Shown here: piece after piece, positions 21,945 through 34,083 of the stretch
Layout: the number at the start of each line of letters is the position of its first letter
Position numbering within the stretch: position 1 is the first letter of the stretch
DNA from: an uncultured Actinomycetota bacterium
GTDB lineage: Bacteria; Actinomycetota; Actinomycetes; Mycobacteriales; Mycobacteriaceae
Direction of reading: 5' to 3'
DNA: 64,000 bases
Assembly (NCBI GenBank): GCA_963798405.1
Contig: CAWCTU010000006.1
Span: forward strand, 17,667-81,666
Program-made: the position numbers and the translations under genes
The notes under the pieces: model-generated
What the model was told of the DNA's origin: nothing
What the model saw: only the letters and a program-made list of their open reading frames with translations
Database searches by the model: none

Positions 21945-22416
21945 TCACGATACGAAGGGCACCGCGAGTGGCGCTTCTCGATTCCTGATCGGTCTCGTCA
22001 CCTGCTTGGCGACGCACGCAGGCATCCCCGCGGTGGCGTCGGCCGACTGGTCGCGGTAGGTGCTGGGAGGCATGCCGACCAACTCGGTGAAGCGCGTGCT
22101 GAACGTGCCGAGCGAGGAGCAGCCGACCGCGAAGCAGACCTCGGTGACGCTCAGGTCGCCGCGGCGCAGCAGCGTCATCGCGCGCTCGATGCGCCGCGTC
22201 ATCAGATAGGCGTATGGCGACTCGCCGTAGGCGAGGCGGAACTGGCGCGACAGGTGGCCCTGCCGACATGTTCGCGCCACGGGCGAGGGCCTCGACGTCC
22301 AGCGGCTGCGCATAGTCCCTGTCGATGCGGTCGCGGACCCTGCGCAGCAGCTTGAGATCGCGCAGGCGTTCCGCTCTGCGCTGATCACCCTGAGCGATGC
22401 GTGCCACGTCGCGCAT
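21945..22416 (-). CDS. Short AraC-family regulator; frameshift near 22260
   Basis: RDRIDRDYAQPLDVEALA and HLSRQFRLAYGESPY..VGCSSLGTFSTRF motifs. Confidence 0.88.
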
Positions 22417-22425
22417 AGGTTGTGC

Positions 22426-23650
22426 ATGTGGTGTTCGAACGTCGACGCGATTCGCGCTCATTTTCCCGCGTTGCGGGACGGCGCTGCGCATTTCGACGGA
22501 CCCGGCGGTTCGCAGACGCCTGACGTCGTCGCCGATGCCATCCGCTCGGCGATGCTGAGCCCGCTGGCGAACCGCGGGGTGACGACCGTGGCGGAGCGCA
22601 ACGCCGAGGAGATCGTCGGCCAGTGTCGTCGCGCCCTCGGCGACCTGCTGAACGCCGATCCCGACGGCGTGATCTTCGGGCGCAGCATGACGTCACTGAC
22701 CTTCGACCTGTCCCGAACGCTGTCGGCGACGTGGCGCGCCGGCGACGAGATCGTGGTGTCCCGGCTCGACCACGACGCCAACGTCCGGCCGTGGGTCATC
22801 GCCGCCGAGCGGGCAGGTGCGGTGGTGCGATGGGCGGATTTCGACCCCGCGACCGGCGAGCTGCCCGCCGCCAACGTCGAGGCGGTGCTCTCCGCGCGCA
22901 CGCGGCTGGTCGCCATCACCGCCGCTTCCAACCTGATTGGCACGATGCCCGACGTGAAGCGCCATCGCGGCGCTCACCCACGGCGTCGGTGCGCTGCTCT
23001 ACGTCGACGGCGTGCACTACACGGCGCACCACGCGGTCGACGTCGTCGACCTGGGTGCCGATTTCTATCGCCTGCTCGCCCTACAAGTTTCTCGGGCCCG
23101 CACTGCGGAGTGGTCGCGGGCCGTCCCGAGCTTCTGGAGGAGCTGCATCCCGACAAGCTGCTGCCCTCGACCGACCGGATCCCGGAGCGCTTCGAACTCG
23201 GCACGCTGCCGTACGAGCTGATGGCGGGCACGACGGCGGCCGTCGAGTTCCTGGCCGGGATGGCCGGGGAAGGTGGCGATCGCCGCGCGACGGCTGGTGG
23301 CGAGCATGGACGCCCTGGCGCACGTCACGAGGACGACCTCCGCGACACCATCGAGGCGGGTCTGCGGCGCCTCCCCGGGGCCACCCTGTACTCGCGGGCG
23401 GAGCGCCGGACCCCGACGCTGTTGACCACGTTCGCCGGCCACGACCCGGGCCGAGATCAGCGCATTTCTCGCCGATCGCGGCGTCAACGCCCCCGCAGGG
23501 ACGTTCTACGCGTACGAGCCTGCCCGGCGCCTCGGGCTCGACGCCGCGGGCGGCGTCCGAATCGGCTTGGCGCCCTACAACAACGCCGACGACGTCGACC
23601 GGCTGCTCGAGGGTTTGGCCGACTTCTTCGACCAGCATTCGACCGCCTGA
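22426..23650 (+). CDS. Cysteine-desulfurase-like class V PLP enzyme; several frameshifts
   Basis: HFDGPGGSQTP, SRLDHDANVRPW, YVDGVH, SPYKF, RFELGTLPYE and VRIGLAPYN motifs. Confidence 0.85.
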
Positions 23651-23653
23651 TCG

Positions 23654-24351
23654 TCAGCCCTTCGCCGCCGCGGCGTCCCGCAGGATCTGTTGCAATCGGT
23701 CGAGCGGGTCACCCGCCCCGGGGTTGAGCCGCAGTCTGGTGTCCTGGTCGGGCGGCGTGGCACCCGCTGGAGGTGGCGGGGGCGGGGGCGCAGCGACGGG
23801 TGGCGGCGGCGGAGGCGGTGGCGGCGCGACCCTGGCGGCGTCGATCTTGTCGTTCAGCCTCGACGCGGCGTCGTCGGGAAAGCATCCCGCCGGAGCGCCC
23901 TGCACGACGGCCAACGCGCCGAGGTAAGCCTTCGCCGCCGCATCGCCGTCGAACGATGGCGACGGCCTTGTCTCCCAACGCCTCTCGCACCAGCTCGAGG
24001 TTCACCCTGGCGGGACAGGACTCGGCGGGTTCCGTGCGGGCCACGGCCTGGGTGAACTGCGCGTCGGCATCCGGGAGTCGACCCTCGAGCACGGCCAGCG
24101 CCCCAGCGGCGAAGTAGGCCTTGCCCGGTTCGACGACGTTCAGCACATTGAGCACCGCGACGTCACCCCGTAGTGCCGCGGCGTCGCGATCCGCGAAGTC
24201 GGCGACGGCCGAGTCTCCCGCGATGCCGACGGAGACCAACTTCACCACCGCGACGGCAGACCACCGCCGCGACCGGCGCGGAGTACGTCAGCAGCCGCCG
24301 TCGTAACCGCAGCCGCGGCGGTCCGCTGCGCCACCAGCCCACGACGCTCAC
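23654..24351 (-). CDS. Membrane-anchored TPR-like helical protein with Pro-rich tail (last gene of MoxR operon); frameshifted
   Basis: N-terminal TM; KAYFAAG..A..F..A / CPARVNLELVRE helical repeats; poly-Pro; GTGA overlap with the upstream gene. Confidence 0.65.
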
Positions 24352-25280
24352 GCGATCACGTCCGCGGTGGTCATGCGCGTGCGCCGGAACTCGCGAAGCA
24401 CCAGATACAACTCGACGAGGATCAACGCGGCCGCCGCGGCCGCGAATGCCCAATACAGTTCGATCCTCTCCGCCGCGCGGGCGACGGCGGCGGGTTCGGC
24501 CTCGGCGGGAGCGTCGGGAGGCAACGCGTCGGCCAGCGGCGACCGTTCGTTGCGCGACGCGTAGGGAACGCCGATCTGCTCCGCGACGGGGCGCAGGGAA
24601 TCCGCCGCGGGTCCGTAGCCGAGTACGGCTCCCCCATCGACCGCACCCTCGGGCAGATCGAATTCGCTTGTCGGCACGCCCGATTCGAGTGTGCCTGCGC
24701 CGAGATAGAACACCAGGTTCCTGGCCCGGGGATACTGCTGCACGGCCCCGAAGAGTTGGTAGCGCAGGACGTTCGCCGCCGCCCCGACGTTGGTCGGCGC
24801 CGTGGCGTCGGGGGCTGGCGGGTACGGCACGAGCGCCGCCACGACGGGTCGCAGACTCCACGTGTCCGGCGAGAGCGGCCAGTCCAGTGCTGCCCGAGAA
24901 CCGAACGTGATGACCGCAACGCGGGCGCCGGGATAGCGGTCGATGAGCGCGGCGGCGTCGTCGCGTGCCTTCGACATCGGCGTCCCGCCGTCGCCCGGAT
25001 CGTCGACTCCCATGTCCGGCGAGCGGTCCACGACCAGAAAGACGTTGGGCGCGTACGGGTCCGCAACCTGCTGGACGTCGCCGACGTCGCTCCCGAGTAC
25101 GGGTCGCGCCGCAGCGCCGAGCAGCAGCAGCGCCGTCGCCGTGAGTCCGACCCAGCGCCACAGCGCAATTCGGGTCCGGTCGGTTCCCGCCGTCCGGCGT
25201 AGCGTGACGACACGCACGATCACGATCGCCATTGCAAGCGCGGCGAGCAGCAGTGGTGGCAGAACGGGCTGGAAGGTCAT
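24348..25280 (-). CDS. VWA domain membrane protein (BatB-like)
   Basis: Two N-terminal TMs; VFLVVDRSPDM MIDAS-like motif; RVAVITF; C-terminal TM. Confidence 0.85.
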   Translation of the reverse strand: MTFQPVLPPLLLAALAMAIVIVRVVTLRRTAGTDRTRIALWRWVGLTATALLLLGAAARPVLGSDVGDVQQVADPYAPNVFLVVDRSPDMGVDDPGDGGTPMSKARDDAAALIDRYPGARVAVITFGSRAALDWPLSPDTWSLRPVVAALVPYPPAPDATAPTNVGAAANVLRYQLFGAVQQYPRARNLVFYLGAGTLESGVPTSEFDLPEGAVDGGAVLGYGPAADSLRPVAEQIGVPYASRNERSPLADALPPDAPAEAEPAAVARAAERIELYWAFAAAAAALILVELYLVLREFRRTRMTTADVIA

Positions 25281-26243
25281 CGGCGCGCCACCACCGGCCA
25301 CACGGCCAGCCCGAAGGCGGCGAGCAGCGCGATCGAGAGCGGAATGTCCGGCGAGTCAGTCGGTGTGGTGGGCACATCGGCAACGGCCGCGACGGGCGGT
25401 GGCCGGTCCCGAATCTGTGCGATGTGTGCGCCGACGGAGTCGTTCGCCGAGAAGACCTGCCCGCCGCTGTCACCCGCGAGCCGCGCGAGGCCGCCTTCAT
25501 CGGAGCCGGTGATCAGCGCGTTCACCTGGACACCTGCGGCACTGGCCATGTCCCTGACCCGGTCGGCAGTGAACAACGACGGCCGCGGATCGTCGGGTGC
25601 CCGCAGCGAATCCGGGCCGACGTAGATCAGCGAACGGCGTTCATCGGACTTCTCGCCGAAGCCCGGGAAGCCCGTGAGACACAGCGCCAGCAGGTCATCG
25701 ACACCCTCGGCGTAGTCCACGTAGGACACCGGCGATACGAAGTCTGCCCCTCCGGACTTGCCGGGCAAGCGCACCGAATTGGGCTGCGGCGTAGGAGTAG
25801 TCGCGGGTCAGTGGAATGATGCGCCGGTTTGGTGAGGTCAGGCCGATGCGCTGGGTGTCAAGGGTCATCGCGTGCTGGGCGAAATAGCCGAGCGCCGCGG
25901 CCGCGGCGGGATCGGTCGCGGGACCCGCCATGCACACCATGATGTCCTCGGGCGCACTGGCCGCGGATTCGGTTGTCCACGTGGGCAATCCGGTTGGCCG
26001 GGCGGCGGCGATGACGACGCGGCGCCGAACATCACGCACAGGAGGACGATCGTGACGACGGCTGCCACCGTGCGCAGTCGGGCGGCGCGGACGTACTCGG
26101 GCAGTTCGGTGAGCCGACTGACGTTGGCCAAGGGACGCAGCGCACGTCGTTCCGCGGTCATCGGCCGCAGGAATGCGGCAGGCGACGCAGAGCGCCAGCC
26201 CGAGCAGGCCGACGATCGCGGCGAGCCACCAGGTCAGGTCCAC
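25277..26243 (-). CDS. Degenerate VWA-like membrane protein (BatA-like); frameshifted
   Basis: N-terminal TMs, AAARP motif, PLTRDY, GVQVNAL..LAGDSGG, C-terminal TM. Confidence 0.65.
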
Positions 26244-26711
26244 GACCGGATCAACTCCTCGGCAGCGGTGCTGACCACGCCGACGTCGACGTGCGACTCG
26301 TCGTTGAACTGCGCGTCGCCCAGCTCGCCGAAGATCGGCGCCGCCGGCGCGAGGGCACCGTCGTCCGCGATGTCGTCGAGCTGCAGGTATTCGACGCGCA
26401 CGCCGGTGACGGAGTGGAGGAATCCGCGCAGTTCGCCGCTCAGCGCGGCGGCGGCAGCGTCGGCATCGAGTTCGCCTGCGCGGTAACGGTCGCCGATGTC
26501 GCGGACCGCCCTGGCATGGCGGTGCCGTGCGAGCCCTTCGCGCAGACCGCCGATCACGCGGCGTGTCCCGCAGCCGTCGGCCCGGCATGGTCCAGAGCAG
26601 AACGCCTGCGTACCAGGCGATCAGAGCCACCGACAACAGCAGCGCCAGCCACCACCACGCCGACGAGTACGCCGTCGGGCCGATGACGCGCTGGAGCAGG
26701 TCATCCGGCAC
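26234..26711 (-). CDS. Single-TM hypothetical protein of the MoxR operon; frameshift near 26560
   Basis: YSSAWWWLALLL TM followed by ALSGELRGFL..QF helical region; overlaps both neighbours. Confidence 0.7.
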
Positions 26712-27573
26712 TGGCGAGCACCCCGGTCATGGCGTTCAGCCCGGCCCTGATGTCCGCGCTGCCCGCGATCGTCGCGTGCGGCACGCCATGGGTGATCATG
26801 AACTCCGAAAGCCGTTGCCGCCGTTCATCCTCGGCGCGACGGTAGGCGTCCACTACCCCGGCTCCCACTGCGGCGGCGCTGAGCACGAAGCGTCCGCTCG
26901 ACACGTCGCGGCCGTCGTCTTCGTCGTCGCCGGAGCCGACGGCGGGCAGATCGGCGACCATCGCCCACATCACGTCGTGTCGCGCGGTGAGCCGTGGCAG
27001 CACGCTACGCAGGCCGTCGCGCAGGTCGGGTTCGTCGGAGACGACGAGCACCAGGTGGCGCCGCCGGTAATGGCTTGCCACCCAATCCAATTGGACGGCG
27101 ATGTCGCTGGCCGCCGGGCGGCTCGTCGTCTGCTGGTGGAACCTGTGCAGCATGTACTCCACATGAGTCTCGCCGCGGCGCAGGCGGATGTCGACGCATC
27201 CACGCACGTCACCGAACACCATGCCGATCTCGTCGGAGCGTCCCAGCGTGATCAGCCCCATGGCGCCGATGACGTGAGCGGCGACGTCGCGTTTGAACTC
27301 CCACGATGCGGCCAACGCCGTCATGTTCCGACCGGTGTCGGCGACCACCAGGATCTTGTGGTGCATCTCGGAGACGAAGCGTTTGATCAGGACCTCACCC
27401 GAGCGCGCCGTGGCCTTCCAGTCGATGTCGCGGACGTCGTCGCCCGGCACGTACGGCCGCAGGTCGTCGAACTCGAGACTGCGGGTGTGCACCAACGCAT
27501 GGCTTCCGCCTTCGAGGAGGCCCTTGGTGTCGCCGCCGAAGACCGCCCTGGCCTGGTCGAGGTGCTTGCCCAC
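26701..27573 (-). CDS. DUF58 domain protein
   Basis: EFDDLRPYVPGDDVRDIDWKATAR motif. Confidence 0.92.
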   Translation of the reverse strand: MGKHLDQARAVFGGDTKGLLEGGSHALVHTRSLEFDDLRPYVPGDDVRDIDWKATARSGEVLIKRFVSEMHHKILVVADTGRNMTALAASWEFKRDVAAHVIGAMGLITLGRSDEIGMVFGDVRGCVDIRLRRGETHVEYMLHRFHQQTTSRPAASDIAVQLDWVASHYRRRHLVLVVSDEPDLRDGLRSVLPRLTARHDVMWAMVADLPAVGSGDDEDDGRDVSSGRFVLSAAAVGAGVVDAYRRAEDERRQRLSEFMITHGVPHATIAGSADIRAGLNAMTGVLASAG

Positions 27574-27593
27574 GGTGTCCGTCTACCCGCGCC

Positions 27594-28595
27594 TCAGGGC
27601 ACCCGGACGGCCTGCAGCACCGCGTCGACCACCACGTCGGGGGTGACGCGGGCGGTGGCAGCCTCGAAGCCGAGGATCAGGCGGTGCCGGAGCACTCGGT
27701 GCGCAAGGCTCGCGACGTCGTCGGGCAACACGTGACTGCGACCTCGCAGCACCGCAAGTGCCCTCGCCGTGCGGCAGAAGGCGATGGTGGCCCTCGGGCT
27801 CGCCCCGTACTCGATGAGGCGCGCCACGTTGGCGGGCAGGTCCTTCTCGGGGGCTCGGGTGACGGCGACGAGCGTGCTCGCGTACTGGATCAGCGCGCGA
27901 TCCATGTGAACCGTCCGAACCAGCTGCTGAGCGCGCAGGACGTCGCCGGCTCCGACGACCGGCGCGGTGTGATGGTCCTTGTCGTACAGGCCCGCGTCCA
28001 TCCGCGAGATCACCTCGACCTCTTCGGCGACCGACGGGTAGTTCACCACCTCCTTGAGCATGAAGCGGTCGGTCTGGGCCTCGGAGAGCGGATAGGTGCC
28101 TTCCTGATCGACGGGGTTCTGCGTCGCGATGACCAGGAAGGGTTCGGGGATCGGGTACTCGACGCCCGCGATGGTCGTCTGGCGCTCCTCCATCGCCTCC
28201 AGCATCGCGCTCTGAGTCTTGGCGCTGGAGCGGTTGATCTCGTCGAGCAGCACGACGTTGGCATGAACCGGACCCAGCTGGGTGACGAACGAGTTCGCGG
28301 CCGCGTCGTAGATCTGCGTGCCGATGATGTCGCTGGGCAGCAGGTCCGGCGTGCACTGAATGCGCCGAAAGTCACCCCTGATGGCTTCGGCGACGACGCG
28401 CGCCGCGGTGGTCTTCGCCAGCCCGGGCACGCTCTCGATCAGCAGGTGCCCGCCCGCCAGCAGGGAGATCAGCATCGTCTCCCGCAGGTGTGGCTGTCCG
28501 ACCACCTTCGCGGAGAAGGCCCCGGCGACCGCGTCCGCGACGCGTAGCGCGTCGTCCAAGTCGCCCCGACGGGCCTGCGAACCTCCGGCTGTCAT
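27594..28595 (-). CDS. moxR: MoxR-family AAA+ ATPase
   Basis: ESVPGLAKT, RIQCTPDLLPSD, LLDEINR, ATQNPVDQEGTYPL and GASPRA motifs. Confidence 0.95.
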   Translation of the reverse strand: MTAGGSQARRGDLDDALRVADAVAGAFSAKVVGQPHLRETMLISLLAGGHLLIESVPGLAKTTAARVVAEAIRGDFRRIQCTPDLLPSDIIGTQIYDAAANSFVTQLGPVHANVVLLDEINRSSAKTQSAMLEAMEERQTTIAGVEYPIPEPFLVIATQNPVDQEGTYPLSEAQTDRFMLKEVVNYPSVAEEVEVISRMDAGLYDKDHHTAPVVGAGDVLRAQQLVRTVHMDRALIQYASTLVAVTRAPEKDLPANVARLIEYGASPRATIAFCRTARALAVLRGRSHVLPDDVASLAHRVLRHRLILGFEAATARVTPDVVVDAVLQAVRVP

Positions 28596-28656
28596 GTGTC
28601 CTTTCCACGAGCCTCGACCCATCGGGTCTTCCCCGGCGCCGCCGTTTTCACGCCTG

Positions 28657-28700
28657 AACGACATCAGGCCGGCCCCGCGAGGGACCGGCCTGATGCCGTT
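28657..28700 (-). terminator. Hairpin downstream of katG
   Basis: CATCAGGCCGG.CCC-gcga-GGG.CCGGCCTGATG inverted repeat about 15 nt after the katG stop. Confidence 0.7.
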
Positions 28701-28715
28701 TCTACGGAGAACAGA

Positions 28716-30958
<2,243 letters not shown>

Positions 30959-31008
30959 TATTTTTCCCTTTCATCAATCGGTGACGGGGCTGGCGATCAC
31001 GGGTGTGA

Positions 31009-31441
31009 TCAGGGAGTTCGAACCTTGGAACAATCAGCGCAGAGGCCCCAGTAGATGACCTCGGCCTCGTCGATGGTGAAGCCGTTGTCGTCGGAAGCGA
31101 CCAGACAGGGCGCCGTCGCCGACGGCGCAGTCGACGTCGGCGATGACGCCGCACGTTCGACAGACCACGTGGTGGTGGTTGTCGCCGACGCGGGACTCGT
31201 AGCGCGCCACCGAACCGGCGGGCTGGATGCGTCGAACCAGACCGGCGGCGCCCAGCGCGTTGAGCGCGTCGTAGACGGTCTGGTGCGACACCTCGGGCAG
31301 GTGCTCGCGCGCGGCGCGGATGATCGATTCGGTGTCGGCGTGGGGGTGCGAGTACACCGCGCGCAGCACGGCGATCCGAGGTTGGGTGATTCGCAGCGCG
31401 GCGGCGCTCAACAACTGCCGGAAGTCAGCTGCGGCATCCAC
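31009..31441 (-). CDS. furA: Fur-family regulator FurA; frameshift near 31108
   Basis: LRITQPRIAVL, RYESRVGDNHHHVVCRTC, and IDEAEVIYWGLCADC in the shifted frame; directly upstream of katG. Confidence 0.93.
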
Positions 31442-31446
31442 ACGGA

Positions 31447-31478
31447 CAGTGTCAACCCTTTTCTGGAATCAGTCAAGA
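31447..31478 (-). promoter_or_regulatory. furA promoter with FurA box (probably leaderless)
   Basis: Minus strand reads TCTTGACTGATTCCAGAAAAG, resembling the AT-rich mycobacterial FurA operator; TTGACT-17nt-GACACT ends 6 nt before the GTG. Confidence 0.75.
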
Positions 31479-31584
31479 GATGGTGGGCTCGACGTTGCGC
31501 CACAAGGCTTTCCAGGACCAAGTACCGCAATTGCAACCAGATCCGGGCTGCTGCGGCAACGTCGGATTCCTTCCGCACAGCCGC

Positions 31585-32484
31585 TCAGGCACGCCCTCCC
31601 GGGTTCGTCGGGTATCGGAAAGGGCTTTCAATAGCGCGTAGCCGGTCCGGTACGTCGGGATCGTGTGAGGGCAGTAGCAAGCCCGCACCGCGCAGCCGGG
31701 CCTGCAGCGCACGGACTTTCCTGAGGTCGGTGTGAATGCCGGCGGTCGGGGCGCACGGGTCCATGCCCGCCGCCGTGAACGCGGTGTCACCGGTGAACCA
31801 GACGTCGGTCTGATCAGTGCGTAGTCGCACGGTGATCGAGCCCGGGGTGTGCCCTGGAGTATGCATCGCCTGCAGCGTGCGATCGGCGGTAAGGCTCACC
31901 GTCGGGCCCAGCTCGCCCGGCGCACCTTCCACATCGACGTGTCGGATCCTCGTGGCGGCATCACGCCATCGCCATGGAAGCGCGCCGATCCGGCTCGCGG
32001 CAGCGTCCTCGGCCAGGGTGGTCCACACGTCGACGCCATCGAAGGCCGGAACCGTGCCGGTGTGGTCGATGTGCTGGTGGGTCAGTACCACGGCGCGCGC
32101 GTCACCAGCGGGCAGCCCAACGGCTCCCAGCCGGTCGGGCAACGTTCCACCGTCCCCCACGTCGAGTCGAATGAAGGACTGAATGATCGCGCGGGTTCGG
32201 GGCTCAGCCCGCCACGACCGGGGATCGTTGTAATCGGTCGCAGTCCCGGTGTCGATCACGTAGACCCCGTCGGGGTGTTCGACCGCATAGCTCCAGATGG
32301 GCATCGGCGCAGCGAATCGACGGTCGGCGAGGATCGTCAGAAACCGCAACGCCGACGGGGTGCGCTCCGGCAGTGGACCCTGGGCGTGACTGCGCTTGAC
32401 GGTCACCGTGCCGGTGTGAAACGCGTGAACCGTCACCGGTCGCGCGTTGACGGTGAAGCTGGCGGCTGCGCTGAGGTCGTTCAT
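31585..32484 (-). CDS. Metallo-beta-lactamase fold hydrolase, N-acyl homoserine lactonase family
   Basis: YVIDTG, LTHQHIDHTG (HxHxDH), HTPGHTPG, FTGD and LPSHD motifs. Confidence 0.8.
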   Translation of the reverse strand: MNDLSAAASFTVNARPVTVHAFHTGTVTVKRSHAQGPLPERTPSALRFLTILADRRFAAPMPIWSYAVEHPDGVYVIDTGTATDYNDPRSWRAEPRTRAIIQSFIRLDVGDGGTLPDRLGAVGLPAGDARAVVLTHQHIDHTGTVPAFDGVDVWTTLAEDAAASRIGALPWRWRDAATRIRHVDVEGAPGELGPTVSLTADRTLQAMHTPGHTPGSITVRLRTDQTDVWFTGDTAFTAAGMDPCAPTAGIHTDLRKVRALQARLRGAGLLLPSHDPDVPDRLRAIESPFRYPTNPGGRA

Positions 32485-32509
32485 GGCTCCCCATTCGACC
32501 GGCGTGTTG

Positions 32510-32546
32510 GACGGTGTTCATCTTGACTCCTGAGATGAACACTGTC
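32510..32546. promoter_or_regulatory. Putative TetR operator
   Basis: GACGGTGTTCATCT-N9-AGATGAACACTGTC, a 14-bp inverted repeat with one mismatch, between divergent lactonase and TetR genes. Confidence 0.7.
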
Positions 32547-32558
32547 AACCATGGTCGG

Positions 32559-33161
32559 ATGAAGCGAAACGTCGGTCAGCACCACGGTGATCTTCGAAGC
32601 GCCTTGCTCGCCGCCGCTCTGGAGTTGGTTGCGGAATCCGATGTCGAAGGCGTGACGCTGCGTGCAGTCGCGCGTCGGGCAGGGGTGTCCGCCGCCGCTC
32701 CGTACCATCACTTTCCCGACAAGGATGCGCTGCTCGCAGCCATTGCGCGCGACGGCTTCGACACCTTGGCAACGGCGCAGCATGCAGTTCTAGGTGGCGC
32801 AGGCGCGGCGCCCGATCGGCTGGAGCGATTGGTGACGGAGTACGTCGTCTTCGCATTGCGGCACCGCACTCACTACGGAGTGATGTTCCGCGCGCTATCG
32901 GCCGACGTCGGCGGCGTCGAAGGCGAGGCGTTGCGGGCGTCGGCAGTACTGACCTTCGGCCTGCTCGTCGATGCCGTCGCAGCGGCGGCTCCACAACTCG
33001 AATTCAACGAAGCAACGAACAATGCTGTGTTGGCTTGGTCGTTCGCCCATGGCGCAGCCGATGTTGGGCGGTGGGGATCGACTCTGCAGCCTGGCTTGGA
33101 TCCCGAGATCCTCGCCGCCGAGGTCGGTTGCCAGGTCAGGCGAATGGTGGTCGGGCGCTAG
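32559..33161 (+). CDS. TetR/AcrR family regulator
   Basis: HHGDLRSALL..TLRAVARRAGVSAAAPYHHFPDK motif. Confidence 0.92.
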   Translation: MKRNVGQHHGDLRSALLAAALELVAESDVEGVTLRAVARRAGVSAAAPYHHFPDKDALLAAIARDGFDTLATAQHAVLGGAGAAPDRLERLVTEYVVFALRHRTHYGVMFRALSADVGGVEGEALRASAVLTFGLLVDAVAAAAPQLEFNEATNNAVLAWSFAHGAADVGRWGSTLQPGLDPEILAAEVGCQVRRMVVGR

Positions 33162-33457
33162 GTTAGCCCCGTGCCGGGATGCCACTCGACATGTCGACGA
33201 ACAACGGGGCGCAGCGACAGCGCACGGGCGATCAGGTCGCCGAGCGGCGGTGACACCGCCTCGACTAGCAGCAGCACGTTGGCAATACGTGGCAGCATGA
33301 CGCGCGGGGTTCCGTAACGCACCGTGTCGGAGAACGCGGATACCGCATGCATCACGATCGCGTGGGACCCGAAGCGCGCGAACGCCTTTCGCGACATGAC
33401 CGAGGACAGGTCGACGATGGCGCCCGCACCCTGCTTCCGAAGAATGGGCAGGACCTC
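33158..33457 (-). pseudogene. Short-chain dehydrogenase remnant
   Basis: EVLPILRKQGAGAIVDLSSVMSRKAFARFGSHAIVMHAVSAFSD is an SDR central segment with no Rossmann N-terminus, no start codon and no YxxxK. Confidence 0.6.
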
Positions 33458-33482
33458 TTAACCGCTCTGACAGCAAAGACAA

Positions 33483-33570
33483 TGGTGGGCGCGGAGGGTT
33501 TCGAACCCCGGTATCGAACCGCCGACCGCTGGTGTGTAAAACCAGAGCTCTACCACTGAGCTACGCGCCC
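33483..33570 (-). tRNA. valV: tRNA-Val (anticodon TAC), 88 nt, with a 13-nt extra T-arm-like segment
   Basis: GGGCGCG acceptor stem, GCTC/GAGC D-stem, CTGGT-TTTACAC-ACCAG anticodon arm, two TTCGA loops and an encoded CCA. Confidence 0.9.
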
Positions 33571-33618
33571 GTCGCAGGAAAGGTACACGCCGACCGCGTC
33601 CGGGATACCGGAAATCAA

Positions 33619-34083
33619 TCAGCCCGCCCGCAGCGTCGCCAATGCCGCGGTCCACAACGTCTGGTCGCGCGGCTCCCCCGGCTGCTTGCACTCGGCGAAC
33701 CGGATCACGCCGAGCCGGTCGATCGCGAACGTCCCGCGATTGGCGAACCCGGTGTCGTCGTTGAACACGCCGTAGGCCTGCGCCACCGCGCCGTGCGGCC
33801 AGAAGTCCGACAGCACGGGAAAGGTGAACCCGCTCGTGTTCGCCCACACCTTGTGCGTCGGCGGCGGGCCCACCGAGATCGCGAGAGTCTGCGTCTCGTC
33901 GTTCTGGTAGTCCGCGAGGTTGTCCTTGACCGCGTCGAGCTCGCCTTGGCAGATGCCGGTGAACGCCAACGGGAAGAAGACCACCAGCACGTTCTTGGTC
34001 CCGCGAAACGAACTCAGCGAGACCGGCTGACCGTGTTGGTCCTTCAGCGTGAAGTCGGGGGCCTCGCCGCCGACGTCGAGCAT
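33619..34083 (-). CDS. ahpE: 1-Cys peroxiredoxin AhpE
   Basis: FFPLAFTGICQGEL and SDFWPHG motifs; synteny. Confidence 0.93.
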   Translation of the reverse strand: MLDVGGEAPDFTLKDQHGQPVSLSSFRGTKNVLVVFFPLAFTGICQGELDAVKDNLADYQNDETQTLAISVGPPPTHKVWANTSGFTFPVLSDFWPHGAVAQAYGVFNDDTGFANRGTFAIDRLGVIRFAECKQPGEPRDQTLWTAALATLRAG

